Shown here one piece after another: positions 20,853 through 28,902 of a stretch of DNA of 64,000 nt. The notes beneath the pieces were generated by a model. That model saw nothing but the letters and a program-made list of their open reading frames with translations, searched no databases and was not told where the DNA came from. The DNA is taken from positions 28,132 through 92,131 of the forward strand of contig JACRGF010000009.1 of assembly GCA_016212395.1 (NCBI GenBank), read 5' to 3'. Position numbers and translations under genes: made by a program. How positions within the stretch are numbered: position 1 is the stretch's first letter; each line of letters opens with the position of its first letter. Source of the stretch: Candidatus Micrarchaeota archaeon (lineage in GTDB: Archaea; Micrarchaeota; Micrarchaeia; Burarchaeales; JACRGF01).

Positions 20853-21221
20853 TCAGCCTACGAGCTTTTCAGCAAAGTCTCCGATTATAGGCAGTTTCAT
20901 TTTCATGTTTTTCTCGCTGTAAGCATTGTAGCCGACGTACATTCCAGCAACCCAGAATACTAATCCTACAATCCAAATGAATGGCAGGCACAACGCAGCT
21001 AGCGGAACTGCTATGCTTATTGCTCCAATAACTATGCTCGCTGGCAACATCAGCACCATTGACACTACGCTTAGGATGATAGATTGTATCCCGTGAAACT
21101 TTACTGTCTTGTCGTTCCCGGCAAGTATAATCGCTACCACTCCACTAAGCCATCCAAGCACGTACGCCAAAAGCGAGTACAGCTTCGTGTGCTCGTCTCC
21201 AGCTTTCTTCACGTCAGGCAT
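20853..21221 (-). CDS. Small integral membrane protein (DUF4870-like)
   Basis: YSLLAYVLGWLSGVVAIIL followed by 2-3 further TM helices. Confidence 0.4.
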   Translation of the reverse strand: MPDVKKAGDEHTKLYSLLAYVLGWLSGVVAIILAGNDKTVKFHGIQSIILSVVSMVLMLPASIVIGAISIAVPLAALCLPFIWIVGLVFWVAGMYVGYNAYSEKNMKMKLPIIGDFAEKLVG

Positions 21222-21376
21222 TAAATACCACCTCTTCAAAAATTCATTCGGAGGAGTAGTTTAAAAACTTATTTTTTCTCGTAGTTTACACGAACGAGCG
21301 CCAGACGCTTCGTAATAATCCACTCCCTAGAAACTATTTTTATAACGAGGCAGTCCAACTCCAATCGCAAAACTCC

Positions 21377-22540
21377 TTACTTTCCAGCCACTATTTTTAT
21401 CACATCATTCGGCTTGAGCTCGTAGTCTTTGCCCACTCGCATTTTCGTTTTCGCGTTCAAGGCGCACACAAAGTTTTTCGCCAAGTCAGTGTGAATAACT
21501 CCAGTCAAATCCAATGCGTTCGAACCCTTCCTCACTAGAAAAGCGTCTGGAAGCACTTGCCCGAAGTTATTGCAGTACTTGCTCTCGTCCTCCACTGGAT
21601 ACACTGGAATCAACCCGAGCACGTTGAACGCAGCCTCGTTGATTAACTGCTGCACTCCAGTGCCGTTTATTTTCTTCATCGTCTCCCTGATTTTCTCAAG
21701 CGCTTTCCGTTGTTGCTCGCTCGCGCTCACTATTTGAAAATCAGCGTCCCCAGGCACGTACTTCACCAACCCCTTCTCGCTTGCTTTCCTCAACGCGAGC
21801 TCTCCGTCTGCATAGCAGGGGTAAACAGTTTTTTCAGGAAACTCTTCCTTCAACCTCAAATAGTTTTCGAAAGCTCCAGGCGCGTCTATTTTGTTCGCTG
21901 CAATAATTATCGGCTTTGACAACTTTCTTATTCTCCGCGCGAACTCGTTCACTTGCCCTTCGTTCCAGTTTATTTTCTCTTTCGGCAATTTCAATTCTTC
22001 AATAGTCTGCTCCACTTGCCTCGGCGTAATCTTCAACCCCGTCAAGATGTTTGCGACTTCCACCCAATTTTTTCCTTTTATCTTACTCCACGCTCTTGAA
22101 AGAATTCCAGCAATCCAGTAATCCAACTCTTTCTCAAGAAAACGCACTTCCTCGCAAGGGTCAAAATGCTCGCACTTTTTCCCTTCAGCATCTGTTTTCC
22201 CGCTCGCGTCAACAATCTGCACGAGCGCGTCAGCATAACGCAAATCATCCAAAAACTTGTTGCCCAAACCCTTTCCCTCGTGCGCGCCAGGCACCAACCC
22301 CGCCACGTCTATCAACGCTGTTGGAATGAGGCGCACGCCGTTCACACACTTTGAATTCTTCGGGTTGCACTGCACCTTCAACTCAATGTGCGGGCAAACA
22401 GCCCGCACGTAAGTAACCCCCTTGTTAGCCTCAATGGTAGTAAAAGGATAATCAGCAATCGCAACATCAACAAGCGTTGCAGCAGAAAAAAACGTGCTCT
22501 TCCCGCTGCTCGGCTTCCCGCACAACCCAATAGACAACAT
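21377..22540 (-). CDS. Obg-family GTPase/ATPase (YchF/OLA1-like, TGS-type C-terminus)
   Basis: P-loop [24 protein letters not shown] (switch I) and a 387-aa length. Confidence 0.6.
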   Translation of the reverse strand: MLSIGLCGKPSSGKSTFFSAATLVDVAIADYPFTTIEANKGVTYVRAVCPHIELKVQCNPKNSKCVNGVRLIPTALIDVAGLVPGAHEGKGLGNKFLDDLRYADALVQIVDASGKTDAEGKKCEHFDPCEEVRFLEKELDYWIAGILSRAWSKIKGKNWVEVANILTGLKITPRQVEQTIEELKLPKEKINWNEGQVNEFARRIRKLSKPIIIAANKIDAPGAFENYLRLKEEFPEKTVYPCYADGELALRKASEKGLVKYVPGDADFQIVSASEQQRKALEKIRETMKKINGTGVQQLINEAAFNVLGLIPVYPVEDESKYCNNFGQVLPDAFLVRKGSNALDLTGVIHTDLAKNFVCALNAKTKMRVGKDYELKPNDVIKIVAGK

Positions 22541-22688
22541 GAAAAAAAGTTAGTTGCCTCAAGAATATAAATACATTCAACAAATCCTCGTCGCAAAACA
22601 ACGTGCTCGTGCAAACCCATTCATTCTATTTTCTTCGTCAATCGTCGTTTGTAAACGTTTTTAATTTCGAATTGCTTAACTTTTTTTC

Positions 22689-23621
22689 ATGAATGTTGAT
22701 GTTCTCGTTGTCGGTGCAGGGCCTGCTGGCTTGACTGCCGGCATTTACTGCGTGCGCAGAGGCTTGTCCGCTTTAGTTTGCGAAGGGAAAATTCCAGGCG
22801 GCACGGTTGCGATTACTCCTTGGGTTGAAAACTATCCTGGCTTCAAGCGAATTTCCGGCGTGGAATTGGCGCAAAAGATTGAAGAGCACGCGCGCGAGCA
22901 GAAAGTAGAGTTGAAGCAGGATGCTGTCGTGAGCGTTGAAAAGAAAGGCGTTTTGTTTGAAGCAACGCTTGCTGGGGGAGAAAAAGTTTCCTCGAAGGCG
23001 GTTATTCTCGCGATGGGTGCAATGCACAAGAGCTTGGGAGTGAAAGGCGAGAAAGAATTGTCAGGAAGAGGCGTGAGCTACTGCGCCACGTGCGACGCTC
23101 CATTATTCAAGAAAAAACGCGTTGCAGTCATCGGCGGCGGAAACACTGCGTTGAGTTCAGCTTTGCTTCTCTTAAGCTTAGCTTCCAAAACTTTCCTTGT
23201 TCACAGGCGCGAAGAATTCAGGGGAGAAGAAGCAATGCTGAAGCAAGCAGAGCAAGCGGGAGTAGAGAAAATAGTTCCGTTCATTCCTCTTGAAATACTT
23301 GGGAAAAGCAAAGTTTCAGGCTTGAAAGTACAGCACGCGAAAACGCTGGAAGAAAAAACGCTTGAATTGGACGGCGTGTTCATTTGCGTAGGCGAAGTGC
23401 CTGCAAGCGAACTCGCTAAAAAAATCGGCGTAACCATCGACAAGGACGGCTACATCCAAGTAGACAAAGAATGCAGGACGAGCGTTGAAGGAGTTTACGC
23501 TGCAGGAGACATTACAGGCTGGCTCAAGCAAATAGTCACCGCGGAATACATGGGCGCGCAAGCAGCCATTTCAGCATTCGAATTCATAAAAAAAGAAAAA
23601 GTAAAAGGCATTATTCATTGA
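22689..23621 (+). CDS. trxB: Thioredoxin-disulfide reductase
   Basis: VLVVGAGPAGLTAGIY, the redox CATCDA motif and AAGDITG. Confidence 0.85.
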   Translation: MNVDVLVVGAGPAGLTAGIYCVRRGLSALVCEGKIPGGTVAITPWVENYPGFKRISGVELAQKIEEHAREQKVELKQDAVVSVEKKGVLFEATLAGGEKVSSKAVILAMGAMHKSLGVKGEKELSGRGVSYCATCDAPLFKKKRVAVIGGGNTALSSALLLLSLASKTFLVHRREEFRGEEAMLKQAEQAGVEKIVPFIPLEILGKSKVSGLKVQHAKTLEEKTLELDGVFICVGEVPASELAKKIGVTIDKDGYIQVDKECRTSVEGVYAAGDITGWLKQIVTAEYMGAQAAISAFEFIKKEKVKGIIH

Positions 23622-23707
23622 CGAACAACGCGCAGAAAAGAAAAAGCAAAGTGAATAATTCACTGTTTAACAACACGCACAAAAAGCAAAACAAGCAATA
23701 CTCCCAT

Positions 23708-24103
23708 TCATTGAACTCTTATTTTTACTTCTTGTTTCTCGTTCGCTATAATCAAGCTCGTTGTTCCGTTCAAGCTGATTGTTTTCTGCTCGAGCGCGCA
23801 CCGCGTTTGCTCCTCGAAAGAAAACTGTTGCGCTGAAATTATTGCGAGCGAGTTGTTGTAAGCTGAAAGCACGGCATCAGGCGTGCTTACTTCTATTGTT
23901 TTCTCGTTGTTGTTTCCAAGCGTGCACAACGCGTCCGCAGTGTTTTTCACGCCCGCAAGCGCGAGCTGAAGCTGCTTCGCGTGAAAAGCTGCTTGAATGG
24001 TTTCAATCAAGCTCATTTGAGCAGGCACTACGAGCACGAGGGCAGCTAGGAACGCTACGAAAACAAGCAAAAACTCTAGTGAAACTTGCGCCCGAGTCCA
24101 CAT
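23708..24103 (-). CDS. Archaeal type IV pilin-like protein with class III signal peptide
   Basis: MWTRA|QVSLEFLLVFVAFLAALVLVV has a basic residue followed by A|Q and a hydrophobic helix. Start taken at the internal Met of ORF 23708-24190. Confidence 0.55.
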   Translation of the reverse strand: MWTRAQVSLEFLLVFVAFLAALVLVVPAQMSLIETIQAAFHAKQLQLALAGVKNTADALCTLGNNNEKTIEVSTPDAVLSAYNNSLAIISAQQFSFEEQTRCALEQKTISLNGTTSLIIANEKQEVKIRVQ

Positions 24104-24119
24104 GTTCAACACGATAAAA

Positions 24120-24410
24120 CTAAATGCACGTGTTGTAAGAACACTGCAGCGTGCTCTTGCAGTCTGAATCGTCGTTGCACGCGTCGCCAATATCGCCTTT
24201 CGGAGCAGTTGCAGTCGGAGTCAATTTCGTGCCGTCTATCGCAGCCATTATTTTCTTCGACTCTTCAGCAGTCTTCGTGCCTGCCTCTTTGGCGGTCTTC
24301 TGCATTTGGACGACGAGAATCAACGCGACTGCGAGCACCGCGGCAATGACGATAATCATTTCAATGGACACTTGGCCTTTGCGTGCAGAAGCTGGAAACC
24401 TCCTCATCAA
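24120..24410 (-). CDS. Small archaeal pilin-like protein with class III signal peptide, Cys-rich C-terminus
   Basis: ARKG|QVSIEMIIVIAAVLAVALILVV is a prepilin-peptidase-type signal. The mature region has 4 Cys. Confidence 0.6.
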   Translation of the reverse strand: MMRRFPASARKGQVSIEMIIVIAAVLAVALILVVQMQKTAKEAGTKTAEESKKIMAAIDGTKLTPTATAPKGDIGDACNDDSDCKSTLQCSYNTCI

Positions 24411-24648
24411 TCCAAGACAACGAATTCGTTATATAAAAAACTATTGTTTAGCACTCTTTTTGCCGTTCATGCAAACGTTTTAGAACAACTTTGCACTAAA
24501 CACTTTTACAGGTGGTATGCGTGGGGAGAACTGCAAGCACTGCTCGACTGCGACAAGCGCCGAGGATTGACGCGGACAACGTTCACGCTGTAGGCTCTAT
24601 TCTTCAAAGAGCGCGAGAGAATTCAGGGCAACAGCTTTCGCTTGAAGC

Positions 24649-25026
24649 ATGCAAAGCGTTCGCGCGCCTCCACTTTCTCGCAGGAGAAAATGTTGGGCGA
24701 AATTTTCAGCGCGCGAAGCCGCTTTAAGCAGAAACGATACTGCGAAGTTAAACAGGCTTTCACTCAACTTGCTGGTGGAAAGCATTGCCAGTGGAATGCG
24801 TCATCAAACAGACAAGCGCGCTGAAGCGAGAGCGCGCCAAGCGTTCGCGAAACTAACTATAATAATTGGCGAACTCCACGGCTTCGGCTTTGAAACCACT
24901 CGCGCAGAAAAAACAGCGCAGAAAGCATTGCGCGAAAACGACGAAGACACGCTGGAACAACTAACAATCCAACTCGGCTTTGCGCTCAAGCAACACAAAG
25001 CAAGCCTGCGAGAAGCGCGCGCGTAA
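24649..25026 (+). CDS. Hypothetical small alpha-helical protein
   Basis: It has codon-like composition and a charged helical sequence (EARARQAFAKLTIIIGELHGFGF...). No family recognised and the start is uncertain. Confidence 0.3.
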   Translation: MQSVRAPPLSRRRKCWAKFSAREAALSRNDTAKLNRLSLNLLVESIASGMRHQTDKRAEARARQAFAKLTIIIGELHGFGFETTRAEKTAQKALRENDEDTLEQLTIQLGFALKQHKASLREARA

Positions 25027-25153
25027 AAAATCAACTCCTCACGATAATTCAAGTTGCTCGAATATTCCTGATCCTCGCGAGTCCTGCTTCAGCTTTTTTT
25101 TTCTTCGTGCAGCGTAATTCGACTTTTTTCTTCTTTCACGTTCCCCCTGCTTT

Positions 25154-25693
25154 TCATCTTCCATGCAAGTGCTCGAGTTGCTTGAATGCTTCCCTTATTT
25201 TCGCCAGGCTCACTTCCGTCTTCCTCTTGTAGACGTGCTCGAAGCTTGCTGCAACGTCTTTCTTTTCAGCAAAAGGAGCTACTGCGAAATGGTATTTTCC
25301 CTTGTTGCGCTCGAGCAACCCCGCATTCTGCAGTTGAAGCAAGTGGTAGCGAATAGCCTTTTCCTTCTCGCGGTACTTCGCGTCTATTCCAGCCATTTTC
25401 TCCATCACTTCAGGCACTTCAGGGTCCACTCCGTCCCGCACTTGCAGTTCAAGCATTGCTTCAAGCAAGTCGATTAATGTTTTTCTGCTTTCCTTGGGTG
25501 AAATCAACCCGCACGCGAGCGCAAGCCACCTCACCAAAGATTTCTTGGCAAGCTTCACTTCACGCGTCAACTGCAAGTCTCTCAACGTAATCTCGCTTAA
25601 AATCAATTCAGCTTCAGGAATACTCAACTTCAAACACCCCGCAAAAACTATTTCTAAAACTGTTTTAGCGCAAACTTTATTAAGTGCTTTCAC
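25154..25693 (-). CDS. Hypothetical winged-helix protein
   Basis: C-terminal AIRYHLLQLQNAGLLERNKGKYHF resembles a wHTH recognition helix plus wing. Confidence 0.4.
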   Translation of the reverse strand: MKALNKVCAKTVLEIVFAGCLKLSIPEAELILSEITLRDLQLTREVKLAKKSLVRWLALACGLISPKESRKTLIDLLEAMLELQVRDGVDPEVPEVMEKMAGIDAKYREKEKAIRYHLLQLQNAGLLERNKGKYHFAVAPFAEKKDVAASFEHVYKRKTEVSLAKIREAFKQLEHLHGR

Positions 25694-25721
25694 GTTAGAC
25701 TAATCGGGAGTTGAGCGTTCA

Positions 25722-26090
25722 ATGCCGTTATTTCAAATACGCCCTCGTTTTTACCCGATTAAACTCAACGCTTACTCGAAAAGCGAAGTCGAACTCACCA
25801 TCGACGTTGAAAACTTGTCGAACGACGCGTGCTGGAGCGAGTGCGACGTAATACTCCCGCCTGAAATTTCTCTTTCGCACGACGCGTCGCTCACTAAAGG
25901 GCGACTGCGCGTAGGCATAATAGACGCGAAGGGAAGCAGGAGCGGAAAATGCAAAATCTACTCCACTCTCGGCGCATACCCCGGCGTTTACACTGTAAGC
26001 TTGATAGTGTACGCTTACGGAAAAGACGGCGCTATTGCCGGAAGAGAAGAAAAAAAAACAGACATCAGATGCGAAGGAATACGAAAGTAA
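25722..26090 (+). CDS. Hypothetical protein
   Basis: A 122-aa ORF with an ATG start, divergent from the wH gene. It looks beta-rich and matches no known family. Confidence 0.3.
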   Translation: MPLFQIRPRFYPIKLNAYSKSEVELTIDVENLSNDACWSECDVILPPEISLSHDASLTKGRLRVGIIDAKGSRSGKCKIYSTLGAYPGVYTVSLIVYAYGKDGAIAGREEKKTDIRCEGIRK

Positions 26091-26109
26091 TTTCCAGCAG
26101 AAATTCTTT

Positions 26110-26394
26110 CTACCCGTGCTTTATTTTGAGGTACAGCAAGGCGATTACTGTTGCGAGCGTGAGCGCGTTCGCAATTATTATTGGCACATCGTTTTTCATC
26201 AGCCCGTAAGCAAGCCAAAACACTACGCCTATTCCGAGCACTATCACCATTTCAAGCGAAACGTCGCGCGTTGACTTTGTCTTGAATGCTTTCCACACTT
26301 GCGGAAGCAAAGCTGCAGTAGTGAACGCTCCAGCAACTAACCCTATTTCTTCAACCACCATAAAACAAGCCTTTTTTACTTCTTCAAAGCCCAC
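26110..26394 (-). CDS. SemiSWEET (PQ-loop/MtN3 single-repeat sugar transporter)
   Basis: A 94-aa protein with 3 TM helices and a PQ motif in TM1 (ALLPQVWKAF). Confidence 0.65.
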   Translation of the reverse strand: MGFEEVKKACFMVVEEIGLVAGAFTTAALLPQVWKAFKTKSTRDVSLEMVIVLGIGVVFWLAYGLMKNDVPIIIANALTLATVIALLYLKIKHG

Positions 26395-27047
26395 GCGAGC
26401 GAGCGCCCCAGCAACTTCGAGTACTCGAACGCTCCAGAAACAATGCCTGTCTTTGAACTCGATTTCTCCTTAATATCATAATTAACAGTCACTGGTGCTT
26501 GCGCTACTACCAATCCTTTCTCCACAGCGTTGAAAATCATTTCAACATCAGCAATAAAACCCTTATGCTCAAAATCCAGCTTGCTTTTCCTGAACGCGCG
26601 GAACCCGCACAAAGGATCGTTCACTTTCGTCTTTGCTTTCAACACAGAGCGAATCAAGTTGTTCGCAACGCTCCTGTGCACAGGCAGTTTCACAGACTTT
26701 GCAAACCTGTCGCCCACAACCAAGTCTGCTTTATCCAAAGCTTTCACCAACGCGTAAACTTCTTCAGCGTCATGCTGGTTGTCAGCATCCATCAAAACTA
26801 TCTTGTCTGTTTCCGAAGCAGCCACTCCGCTCTTCATAGCTGCGCCTTTCCCTTTGTTCACTAAATGCCTTACTACTTTAAAGCCAAAGCGCTTTGCTAT
26901 TTTTCCAGTCCTGTCCGTAGAACCGTCGTCAACAACAACAACGCGCGCGTTCATCCTCTTCAGCTTCTCGCACAACGGAGTCAAGTTCTCCGCTTCATTG
27001 TAAGCAGGAACAACTATAGTAACATCCTGAAGCAAAGCCGCGCCCAT
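26376..27047 (-). CDS. GT2 glycosyltransferase, dolichol-phosphate sugar synthase (Dpm1-like)
   Basis: VTIVVPAYNEAENL...VVVDDGSTDRT...MDADNQHD. Start set at the internal Met. The ORF extends to 27422, and that stretch includes a 155-nt out-of-frame overlap with truD that is probably not coding. Confidence 0.65.
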   Translation of the reverse strand: MGAALLQDVTIVVPAYNEAENLTPLCEKLKRMNARVVVVDDGSTDRTGKIAKRFGFKVVRHLVNKGKGAAMKSGVAASETDKIVLMDADNQHDAEEVYALVKALDKADLVVGDRFAKSVKLPVHRSVANNLIRSVLKAKTKVNDPLCGFRAFRKSKLDFEHKGFIADVEMIFNAVEKGLVVAQAPVTVNYDIKEKSSSKTGIVSGAFEYSKLLGRSLAWALKK

Positions 27048-27267
27048 CTTGCTCGTAGCTTCAGACACGTACGCGTCACCACTCGGAAGCTGAGCCTTGT
27101 TCGTCTCGTTCAACTCGCGAAAACGCTCGTCAAACAAAACATTCCCGCCAAAACACTCCTCTTCGTTATTCTCGCAAGAATGAACAACCCTCTTCCTCGC
27201 CTTCCTGTGAGTTTTAGCAACCGCCTTTCCCTTCCTCTTCTTAACCAAAACAAACCACCTGAAAACG

Positions 27268-28635
27268 CTATACTGTTGTTCGACGTTGTTTAAAACCGTT
27301 TGCCTTCTCGTCGGTAAACTCGTCCAGCAGCACGGTCGCGTAACAGCCTGCTTGAAGAGTAAAGCACAAACGAACAACGCCTGCATTATTTGCTTGTTCG
27401 CCTGCCACTCGCTCGCTTTCAAAATTTTCGAACTGCGCGAGAAGCAATCGCTCGCTTCCCTTCGAGCCTATTTCAGGGAAAGAAGGAATTTTGAACGCTT
27501 CAACTTCCACTCCCTCGCGCTCAAGCACTTTCTTCTCGCGCTCGCTCAAATTAGTCGTTTCACTGCCAATAAGCTTTCCGTAAACAAAAGAATATTCTTG
27601 CTTTTCGCTTTCAATCACGTCAACCTTATTTTCCACTCTTTCCCCTTCTTCTGCTTCTACTTTTTTCCTTCCATCTCTCTTCATTTCTTTTATTCTCTCG
27701 CTCAACAGTTCATTAAACAAGAATGACTGGTAGGCGTGCACGAACATCAAGTTCAACCCGCGGGGAAGCTTGCGCATTGCATTAACGTAATCGTTCGAAT
27801 GCTGTGCCAAGTGCGCGAGCAGAGTGCGCTCGTACTTCAAATGCATGGGGAAATAGTTGAGCGCAGCGCCGAAATCACGTTCTAACTTCAATCTTTTCCT
27901 CGCTTCAACAGCCCCCACTGTTTCCTCTTCTTCTCCTGAGTACGTTAAATAGTTTTCAACTGCTTCCTTGAAGTTTCCTTGAACTACTGCCCTTCCAACC
28001 AAGTGCGTGTTGCTCCGCATGCTCCCGAACCTCTGCTCTCCAAAGTAATTCGGGAAAAAGCCATTCAACTCTTCATTAATTTTCTTCACTTTTTCTTCCG
28101 CGTTCTCGCACACGCCCCTAACTGCAATTTTGAACCGGTTTCCCTTCAAGTCGCCTAAATCTATTTTCCGCTGCGCCTTCCAGCACCCGTTTATTTGAAT
28201 GTCCTTCACTTTTACTGAAGCAAGCCTGGCGCAGTCCAGTTTGAACGCGCTCACCAACTGCGTCGTGACAGCGCGCCTGTCCTTGCTTCCAGCGTAATTA
28301 AACCTCTTCTTCGTAACGTGCAACGCGCGCGCGACAGCGTCTATAGCCTGCAACGTGTTCCAGTTCGTCTTCTGCAACACAAAATGAACAAAATCAAAAT
28401 CTTCACTCTCACGCTCTGCAACTTGAACGTTCTCTCCACTGCTCCCGCTCGTCGTTTCCCCTACCACTTCAACTCGAGCATTCCCGCACTCGCTTTCTCC
28501 AACTTCACGCGTTATTTTCTCCCCAATCCGCAACACAGTGCCGTCCTTCATTACTTCCTCTACCTCAAAATCATCTATCCTCTCTTTTATTCTCCCGCCA
28601 ATCCCGCTCGTTTCAGACAAATACTCAAGCTGCAT
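27268..28635 (-). CDS. truD: tRNA pseudouridine synthase TruD/Pus7 family
   Basis: The conserved TruD block NYAGSKDRRAVTTQ contains the catalytic Asp. Confidence 0.75.
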   Translation of the reverse strand: MQLEYLSETSGIGGRIKERIDDFEVEEVMKDGTVLRIGEKITREVGESECGNARVEVVGETTSGSSGENVQVAERESEDFDFVHFVLQKTNWNTLQAIDAVARALHVTKKRFNYAGSKDRRAVTTQLVSAFKLDCARLASVKVKDIQINGCWKAQRKIDLGDLKGNRFKIAVRGVCENAEEKVKKINEELNGFFPNYFGEQRFGSMRSNTHLVGRAVVQGNFKEAVENYLTYSGEEEETVGAVEARKRLKLERDFGAALNYFPMHLKYERTLLAHLAQHSNDYVNAMRKLPRGLNLMFVHAYQSFLFNELLSERIKEMKRDGRKKVEAEEGERVENKVDVIESEKQEYSFVYGKLIGSETTNLSEREKKVLEREGVEVEAFKIPSFPEIGSKGSERLLLAQFENFESERVAGEQANNAGVVRLCFTLQAGCYATVLLDEFTDEKANGFKQRRTTV

Positions 28636-28825
28636 GAACTACGATTTGCAATCTCTCATTTTTATTCATGCGCATTAGATTGGTTTTGGAGTTTTGCAGT
28701 TTAGGGGTTTTGATTTGTTTCGACTTGTTTTGCTTATGTGGTTTTGAGTTTTGCGGTTTTGTTTGCGTGGTTTTGTTTCTGTTGTTGAGTTGTTTCGCGA
28801 AGTTGCCTGTTTTTTCTTTTTCTCT

Positions 28826-28852
28826 ACGCGTGCGTGCGCGTGCGCGCGCGCG
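28826..28852. promoter_or_regulatory. Alternating purine-pyrimidine (CG/TG) tract, Z-DNA-prone, in truD/topA divergent intergenic region
   Basis: acgcgtgcgtgcgcgtgcgcgcgcgcg, about 50-75 bp upstream of the topA start. Confidence 0.5.
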
Positions 28853-28902
28853 TTCGGAGAGGCTCAGGGTTTTATGCGTTTCGCGCTTAAACACCCAATC
28901 CT

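Noticed and set aside
24086-24349. Plus-strand ORF 24086-24349 (Cys-rich, MRPSPHVQHDKTKCTCCKN...)
   Set aside because: Antisense to the two pilin genes and spanning their intergenic gap. It is Cys/Arg-rich by composition.
26376-27422. Full 348-aa extent of the Dpm1-like GT2 ORF
   Set aside because: The first about 50 codons overlap the truD 3' end out of frame, and the basic KKRKGKAVAKTHRKARKR stretch is atypical. I prefer the internal Met at 27047, though a start just after the truD stop (about 27248) cannot be excluded.
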